Shown one piece after another: positions 40,208-53,162 of a stretch of DNA of 64,000 nucleotides. The stretch lies in the NCBI RefSeq assembly GCF_006345805.1, contig NC_043001.1:5828001-5892000 (forward strand). Direction: 5' to 3'. Numbering within the stretch: position 1 is the first letter of the stretch; each line of letters starts with the position of its first letter. Position numbers and translations under genes: made by a program. The notes under the pieces are model-generated. The model did not search any database. It saw only the letters and a program-made list of their open reading frames with translations, and was not told where the DNA came from. The stretch is from Octopus sinensis. Its lineage: Eukaryota.

Positions 40208-40420
40208 AGCAAAATTAAGGAACGGCCATAATAGGCCATTCAACCCACTAGAAATAGCAGCCAAGGCTTCAACCGCAAAACAATATTAATTCCGTAAACC
40301 AGGAGAAAATTTAAAAAATTTCCTCCTGGTTTACGGAATTAATATTGTTTTGCGGTTGAAGCCTTGGCTGCTATTTCTAGTGGGTTGAATGGCCTATTAT
40401 GGCCGTTCCTTAATTTTGCT
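40208..40420. repeat. Perfect inverted repeat with 98-bp arms
   Basis: 40208-40305 is the exact reverse complement of 40323-40420; after one mismatch, 6 more bp pair around a 3-nt loop. Confidence 0.97.
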
Positions 40421-40999
40421 ATATATATATATATATATTATATATATATATATACAATAGCGTCGTATTTATTACGATTGATATTTTCCAGTAAATATTG
40501 GTGCCTTGTTGTACCATATATCTACAGAGATTGTGGGGAAGATATACATATTATTAGTATATTACCCAACCTAATTTTAGATGGGTATCTCTGTACCAAG
40601 AAACGCCATTTGCCACACGTGATTGTCGTCGTGAAAGACTTATATTACTACATATATAGTTTCACTTGCCATTTTGTTCGGATTTGTTTTATGCAGTCGT
40701 TTTCAATTTTAATGAAGGAATGTATATTTCTGAAAATCTAATTTCTGCCGAATACAAAATGAATATATTATAGTATGTGTAATTATCTTTAAAAATTGTG
40801 AAGCTAAAGTAATTAACCTGCGGTTCACATCTAGAATGTACAAACAATATTATAATCAAATCCATTGCGTGCTGTATTTTTGGGTTGTAATCAACAGCAA
40901 TGTTAGTTTGGCGTTAAAGGAAAAAATCATTTTAGCGGTTGTTTTCTAATATTGATCTACCTCCTTCGCTCAACAATATATATGTATGTGTGTATATAT

Positions 41000-41059
<60 letters not shown>

Positions 41060-42275
41060 TTTATACATATGAATATATATAATATATAATATACACATAT
41101 ATTTTGAGCAAAACAAACTCACGCTTACATATCGTACAAAAAATTACACTCCTTTTCCTTTCAATATACTATGGGTTATAAATTTTATAATTTTTGAGCT
41201 GTAGTACCTCGTGGGGTAGTCGACAGAGAACTTAAAGGAATGGTTTAAATGATAATTGATTAAGGTATTCGCTTATGAATTCCATTGAATTTTAAACGGA
41301 ATTTAATTGCCATTGTCATTTATCCCGCAGTTTCTTTTCAAACGTCAGAAATTTTATTACATTAACTATCATTATTTTCTCTCTTACTTCGCAGTTCTTA
41401 CTGAGATCTTTAAGCAAGCACATGCCTTCTGCAAATTGAACCAACATAGATACATACAAACACACACTCACATACGCACACACACACACGATAACACCAC
41501 GAAACACCTTCTCTATAGGATGTTATCAGAAGCATCGATCATCAGAATTTCGTCATCATTCCTAAGTGTGATAAACTGCATATTATGCAAGCCATTTGAT
41601 ACTAGCCTATCTATAGGTGGACATGCACGGTGTCAAGGCCTGAGGAATTTCGATTGCGTTACATTCACAGTTTCGTGTTACGGGAGCTGTAACTTCTCAG
41701 TTGATAAACGTAGCCATTCAAACTGGGAAGACTGTTTGTTCATATCCAAAGGCAATAATTATCAAATTTTAAGAGATTAAAACGATCGTAAAAACAAGTG
41801 ATGTATTGATCTAAAGAGGGAACGTATTAAATGAAGTCTCTGAACTGCAGATGTAAAGAAACATGGAATGTGTTGCATATAGAGAGTTGAGGAAAATATA
41901 ATAATTCAATTTATTAAAAAGGATGTATCTTATCGAACTATGATCCCGAGAAAAAATGTAGCTAATATGGTTAAAAGTTTTAGATACAGACTTTCAATGG
42001 ACATGGGTATATATCCACGGAATACTTATGGTTATACTACACATAATACCAGTTTGCGATACTTCCACCTCATCAACTGTGTTGCGTACTTCTGAGTGGA
42101 CTCCTTTTCCTCCAATCCAACTGTTTATATATAACTTAGTTATAATATTCTTGACAGCATTTTCATCGAATACCGGATTAGATTAGAACGACAACAATAT
42201 CTTCATCTATTACCGTATCACTGATGTAATATAACAAAGAGTTATGTGATATTGTAATGTATAGCATCGGATGTG

Positions 42276-42612
42276 AAGGCGCATGGCTCAGTAGTTAACA
42301 CGTCGAGCTTACGACCGTGAGGTTGTGAGTACAATTCCCCTACCCCGTTGCTGTTGTGTTCTTGAGCAAGACACTTTATTTCACGTTGCTCCATTTAACT
42401 CAGCTGTAGAAAGGATTTGCGACATCACTGGTGCCAAACTTTATCGGCCTTTGTCTTTCCTTTGGGTAACATCAGAGGTGTTGAGAGGGGAGGCTGGTAT
42501 GCATGGGCAATTGCTGGCCTTCCATAAACAGCCCTACCAAGACTTGTGTCCCAGAGGTTAACTTTGTAGGTGCAATCCCATGGTCATTCATGATCGACGG
42601 AGGTCTCATCCT
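42276..42612 (+). mobile_element. tRNA-derived SINE family D with CORE-like domain
   Basis: A box tggctcagtagtt, degenerate B box, gtgttcttgagcaagacacttt domain; TSD ag(c/t)atcggatg at 42263-42273 and 42618-42628. Confidence 0.82.
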
Positions 42613-43221
42613 CCTGAAGTATCGGATGAGTTTATAGAAGAGTTAAATTGAAATAGAATTTCTTAAAACTAAACATACCAAATCGATTTACGGACCCGAG
42701 ATAAAAAGAAATACTCTCGCAGATATCATCATTTAATTGTTTAGATGCGCATACTTTTAGGAACACTGAATCGAGAAAATCGTGGACATTTACGTTTAGA
42801 AAAAATTAATGGGACAGAATCGTGATAATAATGAAAAACAATACAAGTATTTAGTACGTTTTAGTGTTAGTAACAAAAAATCTTAAAGCAAGTTAATATA
42901 ATTTATGGAATTGTGAATATGTGTGAGGTTGCATTGGAAATGCCATCGTTTAAATAACACGATAGTTGTGGAAGATATCATGTTTCAAGAAAGATAATAT
43001 ATTGTTTACCGTTAAATAAAGTGCATTATACGTGGTCAGTAAATATATATTGCAGCTAGTATAGCTTGAATGGATCCTAGTACAAATAAATATTTAACAA
43101 CGGAAACAAATCAGTGGATATTCGTTTAGTTTTATTGTCTTTTGGGGGGCGGTGGCGTATATTCACATCACTCGGCGGGAAATATTAAGCACATGCTCAC
43201 TCACCGTGTATATGTATGTAT

Positions 43222-44170
43222 GATATTGTTCAGTTTTATTTGAAGATTTCTAGCCAATAGAGAAAGAAACGGTTTCTAATCTAGATCCAAGGTTCCTTTT
43301 GGGAAGGATAATCCCGAGGAGAAGGAAATAAGAACCCGCAGTATGATACAAGCTCTAGCCACTCATAATAAAAATGAGTGCTGATCGAACGCCCCAGTGA
43401 AAACCTCAATAAGACGTAAGCACAAAGGACTTTATCTAGTGATATGCAATAGAGAAGAAAAACTGTGCGTAATTATGGAATTAGCTACCCAGCGGATGTG
43501 AACATATAGCTGAAGATCAGTGAAAAAGAGTACAACATCACAACATAGTATTTTTGCTTTTATGTATGTACATATGCACGTGCAAAAATGTGTATGATTT
43601 GCTTTGTGTATGTATTCTCATGCATAGAGTTGCATATCTAGACATGCTCGTATATGTTTAAATGATAAACTTCTGGAAGGTTTTACAGATTTTTACAGTT
43701 CCAGTGATGGATTGGATCTGAAATCGTCGAATTAACATTCACCTTTCTGGTTTTGTGAAGCCTAATTTCTCAAGATTGGTATTTTGATAGTGTGTTGCAT
43801 ATACCAGGATCCCGGTAATTACAGGTATAAACCGGAACTTGTAATCTGGATAGAGTAACTGCAGATTTCTCAATAGTTCAGCATAGGTATTCTCTTTTTC
43901 ACTGATCCTCAGCTTTATGTTAACATCCGCTGGGCAGCTAATTTCTATAATTGCACACAGTTTCTCTTCTCTATTGCATATCACTAGATATGGTCCTTCG
44001 TTTTATTGAGGTTTTCAGAGGGACATTCTCTCAGCACTCCTTTTTATTATGAATGGCTATAGCTTCTATCATACTGTGGGTTCTTATTTCTTTCTCCTCG
44101 GGATTATCCTTTCGATAGATTACATTATAGTGTTTCCCAGTTACAAAATCATGTCTCATCGCTAGATGAG
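43222..44170 (-). mobile_element. RLE-type (R4/Dong-like) LINE 3' fragment containing an inverted duplicate (43303-43530)
   Basis: RHDFV..ICNREEKLCAIIEISCPADVNIKLRISEKENTYAELLRNL..IPVITG; tail aaataaaactgaac runs into (TACA)n; the 5' end also abuts (TATG)n. Confidence 0.82.
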
Positions 44171-44181
44171 AATATATATGC

Positions 44182-44285
44182 ATGTATGTAAGTATGTATG
44201 TATGTATGTATGTATGTATGTATGTATGTATGTATGTATGTATGTATGTATGTATGTATGTATTATGTATGTATGTGTGTGTGTA
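44182..44285. repeat. (TATG)n microsatellite
   Basis: Directly visible. Confidence 0.95.
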
Positions 44286-44339
44286 TATACCTACCTGCAT
44301 AACTACTTATATATCTATCTATATATCTATGTCTAATTG

Positions 44340-44590
44340 TATGCCATCATTCAGTTTTATTTCGAGAATCTTTGTCAAAGAAGAAAGAACTGATTTCTTG
44401 CATGATTTTCATGTATTACAATTTCAACATCAACAAGTTAATTTTGCAGTATTTGGTGTCAGTGCAGGAGCAGATTTGTATTGTTTCATGCATGTATTCC
44501 CATGCATATACTTGCGTGTCTAGACATGCGTCTATATGCTTAAATGATAAATTGGCAAATTTACAAATTTTTACACTTACAGCAATAGTG
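44340..44590 (-). mobile_element. Second, diverged 3' end of the same RLE LINE family
   Basis: VKICK..tttatcatttaa.catata..gcatgtctaga is shared with 43630-43700; ends aaataaaactgaa. Confidence 0.7.
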
Positions 44591-45564
44591 AAAACTTTAG
44601 TCTTCGAAAAAACTTTCTCCATTCTGGCTAGAGAATCTTAATTTCGCAGGAGTGATACTTAGGCAGTGCGTTTCCATATCATTGTGCTTCACTAATTACA
44701 GGTGAAAACGTGAACATGAAATTCGAGTAGAGTAACAGAGAATGTCGGTAATGTTTCAGCTTAAGTCTGTTCTATTTAGCGACTCATAAATTCAGTTGCT
44801 GGCTTGCAAACAATAAGTATCGTCACATGCCCGATGGTCTTCCATAAACCAGCTCTCCTCTTCTCTGTCTTCAAAACATATTAAAGTGTCTTGGCGTACT
44901 TTCGCTTTTGTTTTTCATTTTTGAGTGCCATAAGGGTATTGCTTTGCAAGGGGAGACACGGCCTAGAGAGACAAGTGATAATCTACAAGACTAAAGGTCC
45001 ATTATACTGCCACAAATATTACTTCCTAATTACATTAACAGCTTTTAATGCCGTGTCAGTTTTTTTTGCTTACTTTGGTAGATAATGTTCTCTCATTGAC
45101 AGAGCAATTCAAAACCAAAGTTGCTTTTCTTGAAAAATTTTATTAAGGGTTTAATTCACCGATATATGACTCTGATGATTACTTCTACAATAATTGTTGC
45201 GCTTCTGCCTGCAACTTACCATAGTCGTAGTAGAGGGACAATGGTCAGTTGCTTGTGCCTATAATGTAGTTTATATGGCAGGCGGTGTCTGCTGGAATGC
45301 AACGAAGTGTGAAGCCACCTGCTGTTCACACATCGTCCACACTTTAGTTTGTACTGTTTGGGAGAAGGGTAATTTCAAATGCCTGTGTTTGCATGTGTGC
45401 ACGTGCCTGTATATGCGTCTGTGTCTGTATGTATGTATGTATGTATGCATCTATATATTTATCTATGTATCTATCTATCAATTTGTGTATGCACATCTAC
45501 ATATACAGACACACAGGTGTGCGTGTATGTGTGTGAATATATATATATCTATATATATATATAT

Positions 45565-46035
45565 AACGGGAAGCTTTATGAAAATAAACAAAAGACGAAG
45601 GCAGGTGGAAGACAAACGAACAATTGTATTAGTATGGCGCTCAGGAAATATAATAAAACAAGTCTTTAACGTTTCGAGCCTACGCTCTTCAACAGAAAGA
45701 TACACAGAGAGAGAAAACACAGAAAGAAGGAGAGAAAAAAAAAATGCGTGCAGTAGCTAACGAATCACATGGCGATCTGATTTCGGCCAGAGGTCAAAGA
45801 TCAAACATGAGACGCGAGAGCGAAATAAGGGGAGATAATAGGGTGATAAAAGGGTTGAGTGACCAGCTAAAAGTGCGTGGGAGGGGTCTGGATGTGTGTA
45901 TGTATAGGGTTGGTGTATGTATTAATATGTATACGGGTGTGTGTGTGTGTGTGTGTGTGTATGAGAGAGTATTAGTGCGTAAGATTGGTCTGGACGTGCG
46001 TATGTATGGGGTTGGTGTATGTATTAGTATGTATT
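45565..46035 (-). mobile_element. Penelope-type 3' terminal fragment with hammerhead-like motif
   Basis: Abuts (TA)n at 45540-45564; contains tcttt-ctgttgaa-gagc-gtag-gctc-gaaacgtt-aaaga (45663-45700). Confidence 0.6.
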
Positions 46036-46039
46036 AGTA

Positions 46040-46122
46040 TAGGCGCAGGAGTGGCTGAGTGGTAACACGGTTGCTTCCCAACCACATAGTACGAAGTTCA
46101 ATCCTACTGTGTGGCATGTTCC
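46040..46122 (+). mobile_element. SINE family A head only
   Basis: aggcgcaggagtggctgagtggtaa..aaccacatag..gttcaatcc. Confidence 0.75.
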
Positions 46123-46600
46123 AGGACTGTCGATAAAATCTAAAAGATGGAGACAAGAAGACTCGAACTATTGTGTTTGTGCATAATCCGGAATATGTGT
46201 ATTCATGCATATATAAAGATATACATTGTTGTTATTATGTTAAAGTGTCGTATGTCTAAATATGACCACTGTTGAATTTTGCTTGCAATAGCCGGTTCTT
46301 TTGGTCAAACTATCGTATCTCCAGCTGTTTCATATGCTGAGATATGAAAACTGTCTGAGTGTAGTACAACAGTTTAGCATTTTTCAAAAGTGTAGTAAGT
46401 CTACCATACGACAGTTTTGCAAAACTATTTCTGACTGGAAATATCATAAAAGCATCGAGATACAATTTTATGTAACCAACCAAATATTATTGTTAATTGA
46501 AACTGTTGCTAATGTTGAAATATGGAATGGTGAAACTATTATTTCGTTTTCTGAAAAAGCAACGTTTTGTACTAAGGACAATTTTTCACAATACATGCTC

Positions 46601-46762
46601 ATTTACTTGTTTCAGTTATTTGACCTCTGCCATGCCGGAGCACCGCCTTTAGTCGCGGAAATAGACCCCCCCCCCGAACTTATTCATTGTAATGCTAGTA
46701 CTTATTCTATCGGTCTCTTTTACCGATCCGCTAAGTTACGGGGGTGTAAACACACCAGCGAT
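46601..46762 (-). mobile_element. SINE family A 3' part
   Basis: ttacttgtttcag..ggagcaccgcctttagtcg..agtacttattctatcggtctctttt..ccgctaag. Confidence 0.8.
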
Positions 46763-47242
46763 GTTTCTTTTCTTTATTCCTCTTTTCCTGTTTTCTTCCT
46801 TTCTTCTCTCTTCTCTTTTCTTCATTCTTCTCCTCTTGTTTTCGTTTATGGCCTTACAAATATGTTTCCTACTTTCAGGTCACTTTAAATAAAAGCCTTG
46901 ATTCTATAGCACAGTGTACAAACGCTACACTTGGAATGACCAATTTTAATTACTATTGGATTTTACTCAAAAGTTATTGGAATCTTATATGTATACAATT
47001 CTGCCTAAAAAATAGATCTGCAAATGCAATATCTCACATCTATTTTCATTCTTCCACTTCACCCTGTATTTCGTATCTTATCTAAATTAACTATTGCTTA
47101 ACCATTTTCTCACCCCGTCTCCGATGAAGGGATATAATAAATATCCTGGAAACAGCTGTAAGAACGTCTATCTATAAATGTTCTAAAATTTTCACAGCCT
47201 TGGTTCTGTATCTCATTCTGAAATATATATATATATATATAT

Positions 47243-47651
47243 AGGCGCAGGAGTGACTGTGTGGTAAGTAGCTTGTTTACCAACCACATGGTTCCGGGTT
47301 CAGTCCGACGTCGTGGCATCTTGGGCAAGTGCCTTCTGCTATAGCCTCGAGGCGACCAAAGCCTTGTGAGTGGATTTGGTAGACGGAAACTGAAAGAAGC
47401 CTGTCGTATATATGTATATATATATATAGGCGTGCGTGTGTTTGTGTGTCTCTGTTTGTCCCCCTAGCATTGCTTGACAACCGATGCTGGTGTGTTTATG
47501 TCCCCGTTACTTAGCGGTTCGGCAAAAGAGACCTATAGAATAAGTACTGGGCTTACAAAAGAATAAGTCGCGGAGTCGAGTTGCTCGATTAAAGGCGGTG
47601 CTCGAGCATGTCCACAGTCAAATGAATGAAACAAGTAAAACAGTAAAAGAG
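47243..47651 (+). mobile_element. SINE family A, full length
   Basis: tRNA-like A/B boxes, cttgggcaagtg CORE-like motif, internal (TA)(TG) tract, gtaaaaga tail; (TA)n on both sides. Confidence 0.93.
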
Positions 47652-47861
47652 TATATATATAAACCAGCACGGATTTTTGTCAGTGAACAGGTCGCGGATT
47701 TTAGCGACGAAACTATTTTGACAAATTAAACTTAAATGTTGAAGTGAATCGAACGGCTTTTGTGTGTTTCTTAAATGGCTTACAAACACCTTCCACGCTG
47801 CAATTGTTTTCGTTTCAGCACACGACTTCAGATCAAATCACTTGCTATGCGAGTACACCTC

Positions 47862-47910
<49 letters not shown>

Positions 47911-48732
47911 TTGTATGTGTTTTTCACAATATTATTTCTGAATTCATGAGTACATACCAGGATACATATATGGGTGTGTGTGTGACTTAAATTAAAAAAG
48001 AACTGAATGCTATAATTCATTTGCACATACCATCTTACAATCAGGTATGTATGAGATATATTCTCTCTAAAGCTACTGGAAATCATAACAGAGAGCATGT
48101 TACATTTTCAAACTCTAATACAAGTAATATTGTCGTACTCCTGTTCTACGTACCACAACGACATGCGCTGAAGACAAACAGTCAGAAAAGGGAACTGAGA
48201 TATAGGAAGACAATCAGAAACATTGGTGATTCAATTAAGTTATGAGGGATAGTAGAAAGTCAAAACAGGGAGTGGTCAAGCAGATGAAGAAAGTTTTACC
48301 AAATATATATTGGAATTGATAACATGACGCAAAGAATAGAGAAATGGTAAGCGCCAATTTCAGTCTCAAACTATCAAAGATAGTGGCGACATCCTGCAGA
48401 GATAGAGTATATTAAAGAACTTTGATTTGCGCCGAATAAAGGTCCTTTGAAGCGGGCGGTATATACAAGGATATCAATCAATCGATTTTATTTCCATGTT
48501 TTATTACCGTAGTATAAGGGCTGTCGATTTCGTATATATGTTGCGGTATATCAAATGGCTGAAATAACTATAGTAGTTATGCATGCAACCAGCGCAATCG
48601 TAAAAGACTGCCGAAGATAATATACAAATGTTAATTAAGGCAGATATTGCTAATTATTCTATAAATTCACTCAGTGGAGATTTCTAGAAGTGCAGAAGAA
48701 ATTTACCAGAGAAAGACAGAGACGAGAAACAG

Positions 48733-48765
<33 letters not shown>

Positions 48766-49699
48766 AAAAGATAGAGAGAGAGAGTGAGTGAGAGAGAGAG
48801 AGAGAGAAAGAAGGAGAGACAGACAGGAAGAAGGAATAAGAAAGAGAAAGCGAATATCTAGAAGAGAAAAATAGGAAAGAAATACAAGGAAAGATAATCG
48901 TACAGATATCGATGGTGACAATCCCTCATACAACAACAATTAAAGCGAAACAGATTGTTTCAAAAACAAATGGACACCTGACATAGATTATTAGGTATAG
49001 GTGTAATATTTATCCAATTAACAGAGGTATAAAATTATGGCATTGTTGTGTTTCGGGATGATTTCCATTTTTTTTTTTTTTTTGCCAAATATATACACGC
49101 TATATTCTTATTTATCACTCGTATATTTCAGTTGTTATTCTAACTGAAGTCCATTTTCCGGAAATCTTTCGTCACAAATCTAGACCTTTTCAGCGACACT
49201 TTTCGTCAGTGTGTTTGCTCTTGCTCCACTTATTTCATTTTGCTTTTTTATGAATTATATGCTTATGGGCGAATGCTTATTTTTCTGTGTGCGTGCATGT
49301 GTGTATGTGTGTGTAGGTGTGTATGTTTGTGTGTGTGTGATTGTTCTAAGTAGCACCATCACCTTCCGCCGTAGTTATGGTAGTTGTAGTACTAGAAATT
49401 TAGAATTACATATTTTCACTGATAATTGAGGCGCTATGAACTACGATTTTCGTAATCGAAAGGAAACTGAAAAACAAAAAGTTAGCGCCCTAAGGAAAGA
49501 GATTAACAATGATCGCGAACGCCTTTATTAAAGCTATACTTTCTTACTAAAATAATTAATTATAAACATTTAATCTAACTAGTAACTGTCTACTTCACGC
49601 AGAGTAGTAGGAGTTGGGCAAGGAGATTCAAAGTCATACCTATGGAAGATGGAATATATATTAAAGAATTGTATTTATGCGGTTAATTTTGTTTTCGGA

Positions 49700-50140
49700 T
49701 GTTGGCTCAAGGCCAGTAAATTTGGGCAAGGGTTAAAACTGGGACAGTACAAAACTAGAACGTATTTTCTCGATCACGAAAGATGAAAGGTCACGTCTAT
49801 AACAGAGGAGGTTTAACTGAGAACTTAAACACCGACGAAATGGCGCTACGAATTTTTCCTGGCGTCGTAAATGTTCTGCCAGGCCGCTGCCTTAATAATA
49901 CTATTACTATTATAAGCTGTATCAAGGCAGCGAGCTGTAGGAATCACTAGCAGCCCAGGAAAAATCTTTGACGCATTTCGCTAACATTTGCATTCTAAAT
50001 TAAAATTTCACCGAGGCCGACTTTGTCTCTCTTCCCTTTGGAGATCGATAAAATAAGTGCTATTTGAGCACTGGAACCGATGGAATCGACTTAAGCCGCC
50101 ATCGATCTTGCTGGCTTAGTGCCGTAGTTTGAAATGAATA
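49700..50140. mobile_element. Head-to-head pair of degenerate SINE family B copies (49700-49893 minus, 49924-50140 plus)
   Basis: ttctgccaggccgctgcctt on one side and aaggcagcgagctg..ccgaggccgactttg..tcgataaaataagt on the other. Confidence 0.75.
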
Positions 50141-51014
50141 TCATAAGCAATCACATCCTATTATATTTGTTTGGACCACAAATACTCCAAGGCGATTTAA
50201 ATCAAATGAAATCATAAAGGCTCCATAGTGTAAACATGGATTAGTTACACTAATTGTGCTTTTAATATATATAAACGCTACAGAATCTGTTCGGATTTCA
50301 TGCTAGCATTTGATATTTAGATCACCAAATTTATTCATAATAATATTATTCCAGAATTTCATGATTTCCACAGATTAAAACCGATAAAGGCGACAGTCAA
50401 GCCTCTCGCTAGAATAAGGCTTAGCATATACAGAATTGCTTCGCGATAAGTGATAATCTATATTATTATGTTTAAATTCCCAGATTCCGAAATGTGTGGA
50501 GATGATTATGTACTTGACTTAAAAACAAATACAAAAAAACAAACAAACACGATGCTGAACTTATATAAATGAAACCTCACAGATAAGATGCAGTGATACG
50601 CTTATATATAGATATATTTTTAGTTCAACATTTATTTCAAGTGGGCGTTCAAGATATTTTCTTGCCTTTACGTAAAATATTAAACCCAGGAATAGATATA
50701 ACTTGGATTACACAAACTCACATGAAAATTGCACACCTACATTCTTTTGGGTTTCGTTTTTGTTTACTTTCTTGGCGCCACCAATAGTGTTCAGAAGATA
50801 TACATAAACATATACATGCCTAAAATCACTCGTGTTCTTCACATTCATAATAATTCACCACGAAAAACAAATTATAAACACACAAGCATATCGAAGAGTT
50901 TTTATCACCACAGACCTCATCACTGCATATATGCGTTTATTTCAGTTTGTACGGCACTTTAATTATGGTTTGTATACTTCACGCCACCTATTAGAAGAAT
51001 TGAGAAATATGCAT

Positions 51015-51422
51015 AGGCGCAGGAGTGGCTGTGTAGTAAGTAGCTTGCTAACCAACCACATGGTTCCGGGTTCAGTCACACTGCATGGCATCTTGGGCAA
51101 GTGTCTTCTGCTATAGCCCCGGGCCGACCAATGCCTTGTGAGTGGATTTGGTAGACGGAAACTGAAAGACGCCTGTCGTATATATGTATATATATATAGG
51201 TGTGTGTGTATATGTTTGCGTGTCTGTGTTTGTCCACCTAGCATTGCTTGACAACCGATGCTGGTGTGTTTACGTCCCCGTCACTTAGCGGTTCGGCAAA
51301 AGAGACCGATAGAATAAGTACTGGGCTTACAAAGAATAAGTCCCGGGGTCGATTTGCTCGACTAAAGGCGGTGCTCCAGCATGGCCGCTGTCAAATGACT
51401 GAAACAAGTAAAAGAATAAAAG
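51015..51422 (+). mobile_element. SINE family A, full length with TSD
   Basis: Same structure as the 47243 copy; TSD aatatgca at 51006-51013 and 51423-51430. Confidence 0.94.
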
Positions 51423-51949
51423 AATATGCACTGATCATGAGTATTCCAAAGCCTCCTACGTAAAATCCATTCCCACCCATGATGCTACCCGTTCTTATAC
51501 CCTGAAAGCAATACATTGCAGAAGAATATATTGCCCAAAACAGACAAACGCAGAGTAATTAACACCCAACTGTCAAATCCACACAGGGACACATAATTGT
51601 GACTGGATATAAATCTGAATATTAAATATAAGCGCAAACCTATAATATATAACCATAGACGCAAAACACAGCGACATCTCGCGGGAAACAAACACATAAA
51701 CCTATAAATCATATTCCCCTACAATTCTTCGGAAACGGTCGCCTATATAATCCTCTGTGGTTGTTTACGAAAGGGGGAAAACATATGAATGGCACAAATT
51801 CTGCCTGCAGTATAAACTACATATGCAGGTATGCGTACAATATTATTTAACACAAGAATATCATATAGCACTTCACAGTATTTTCCAACTGCCGTTAAAA
51901 AATGAACGTTTTTCTCCTAAATATATACGTGTATGATTATGTATATATA

Positions 51950-52332
51950 TCTCTCTCTATATAAACGGCAGTTTGTCTGTGCGTTTTCTGTGTGTCTGTT
52001 TTCTCGTACCCTCACTCTGACCACGGCTTTCAACCGATTCTGATGAAACTTGACACACACATAGCCCAATGTCATAATTCAAAACTAACGCAGCGAAAAT
52101 TTTGAAAAGTTCGCCCAGTTCTGAAAAAAATCGATAAATTCGACATGGGATCGAGAATCAGAAACCCAAACCACAGACCGTCTAGGGGACGCAACTCCAC
52201 CTTTTTTAACTCTAAAAAAAATTTACCATCATTTTTTTTTCATTTTTTTGCTATTTTTTGGCTATAACTCTCTAAAAATGCTTTATAGTTATTTCCCTTA
52301 CAAACCTGAGCAACGCCGGGCGATACTGCTAG
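51950..52332 (+). mobile_element. Non-autonomous Helitron
   Basis: 5' TC(TC)TATATATAAA after an A, internal caaccgattctgatgaaacttg motif, 3' GC-rich hairpin cctgagcaacgccggg followed by CTAG. Confidence 0.85.
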
Positions 52333-53131
52333 ACTAATATATATGAGGGGGTAAAGATCCAGAAGACTTGATCTACTGGTTTTTCCAAGCTGGTGGGGAG
52401 TGTTTCATTTCTTTAAAATATATTGGACACAGTTTGTGTGTGGTTAATCATCTGGAATAGACGTTTTCCTGGAATAAACATGTAACATAGTTCTGTTTTT
52501 CATATATATATATATGTGTGTGTGTGTTGTGTGTGTGTCTGTGTGTGTGTTTGTATGTGTGCGTGTGCGTGTGTGTAACACGAAATAGAGAATCATATTT
52601 GAATTAAATTGGTGGTTCTCTTCGAGTCTTATACTTTTTATACAAAAGTTTCATATTTGCTTTATTAGCGCGTTTTGCAGTTCATTTGAAACAGTAGAGT
52701 TCCGAAATCCGTCTCCGATAACTGTTGATATTTAGAGATTAAATTATAAAAACTGAAAATATTTCGCGTTCGTTGTGGTTTCTTATTTTCTGCTTGAAAT
52801 CAAATAGAATTTCCCTACAAAGTTTTACTTACCGCATCAATCACCTGTCCGTTTGTTCGTCAAGATCAACATTTTGAACGTTAGTTTCATTTTGTTGTAA
52901 TTGTTGCTGTTTATTTTTATAAGACCATCAACAGGTAAATTTATGATTGTGCCTTCATCTTAATCTTGTCAATCTTAGCAGGATTAGACAAGTGATTTGA
53001 CTCCAGGTACCATCTTCAGTTTTCTAATCGCGAAGAATGAAACTCCAAAGATACAGAAGCCAACTGTAGGAAGATAATAAAAAGATAAATATTATACAAA
53101 AGATAAACCATTTATATAATTGTGTTTATTG

Positions 53132-53162
<31 letters not shown>

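Noticed and set aside
46301-46888. 195-aa ORF
   Set aside because: Runs through a SINE A fragment and a pyrimidine tract; no domain recognised.
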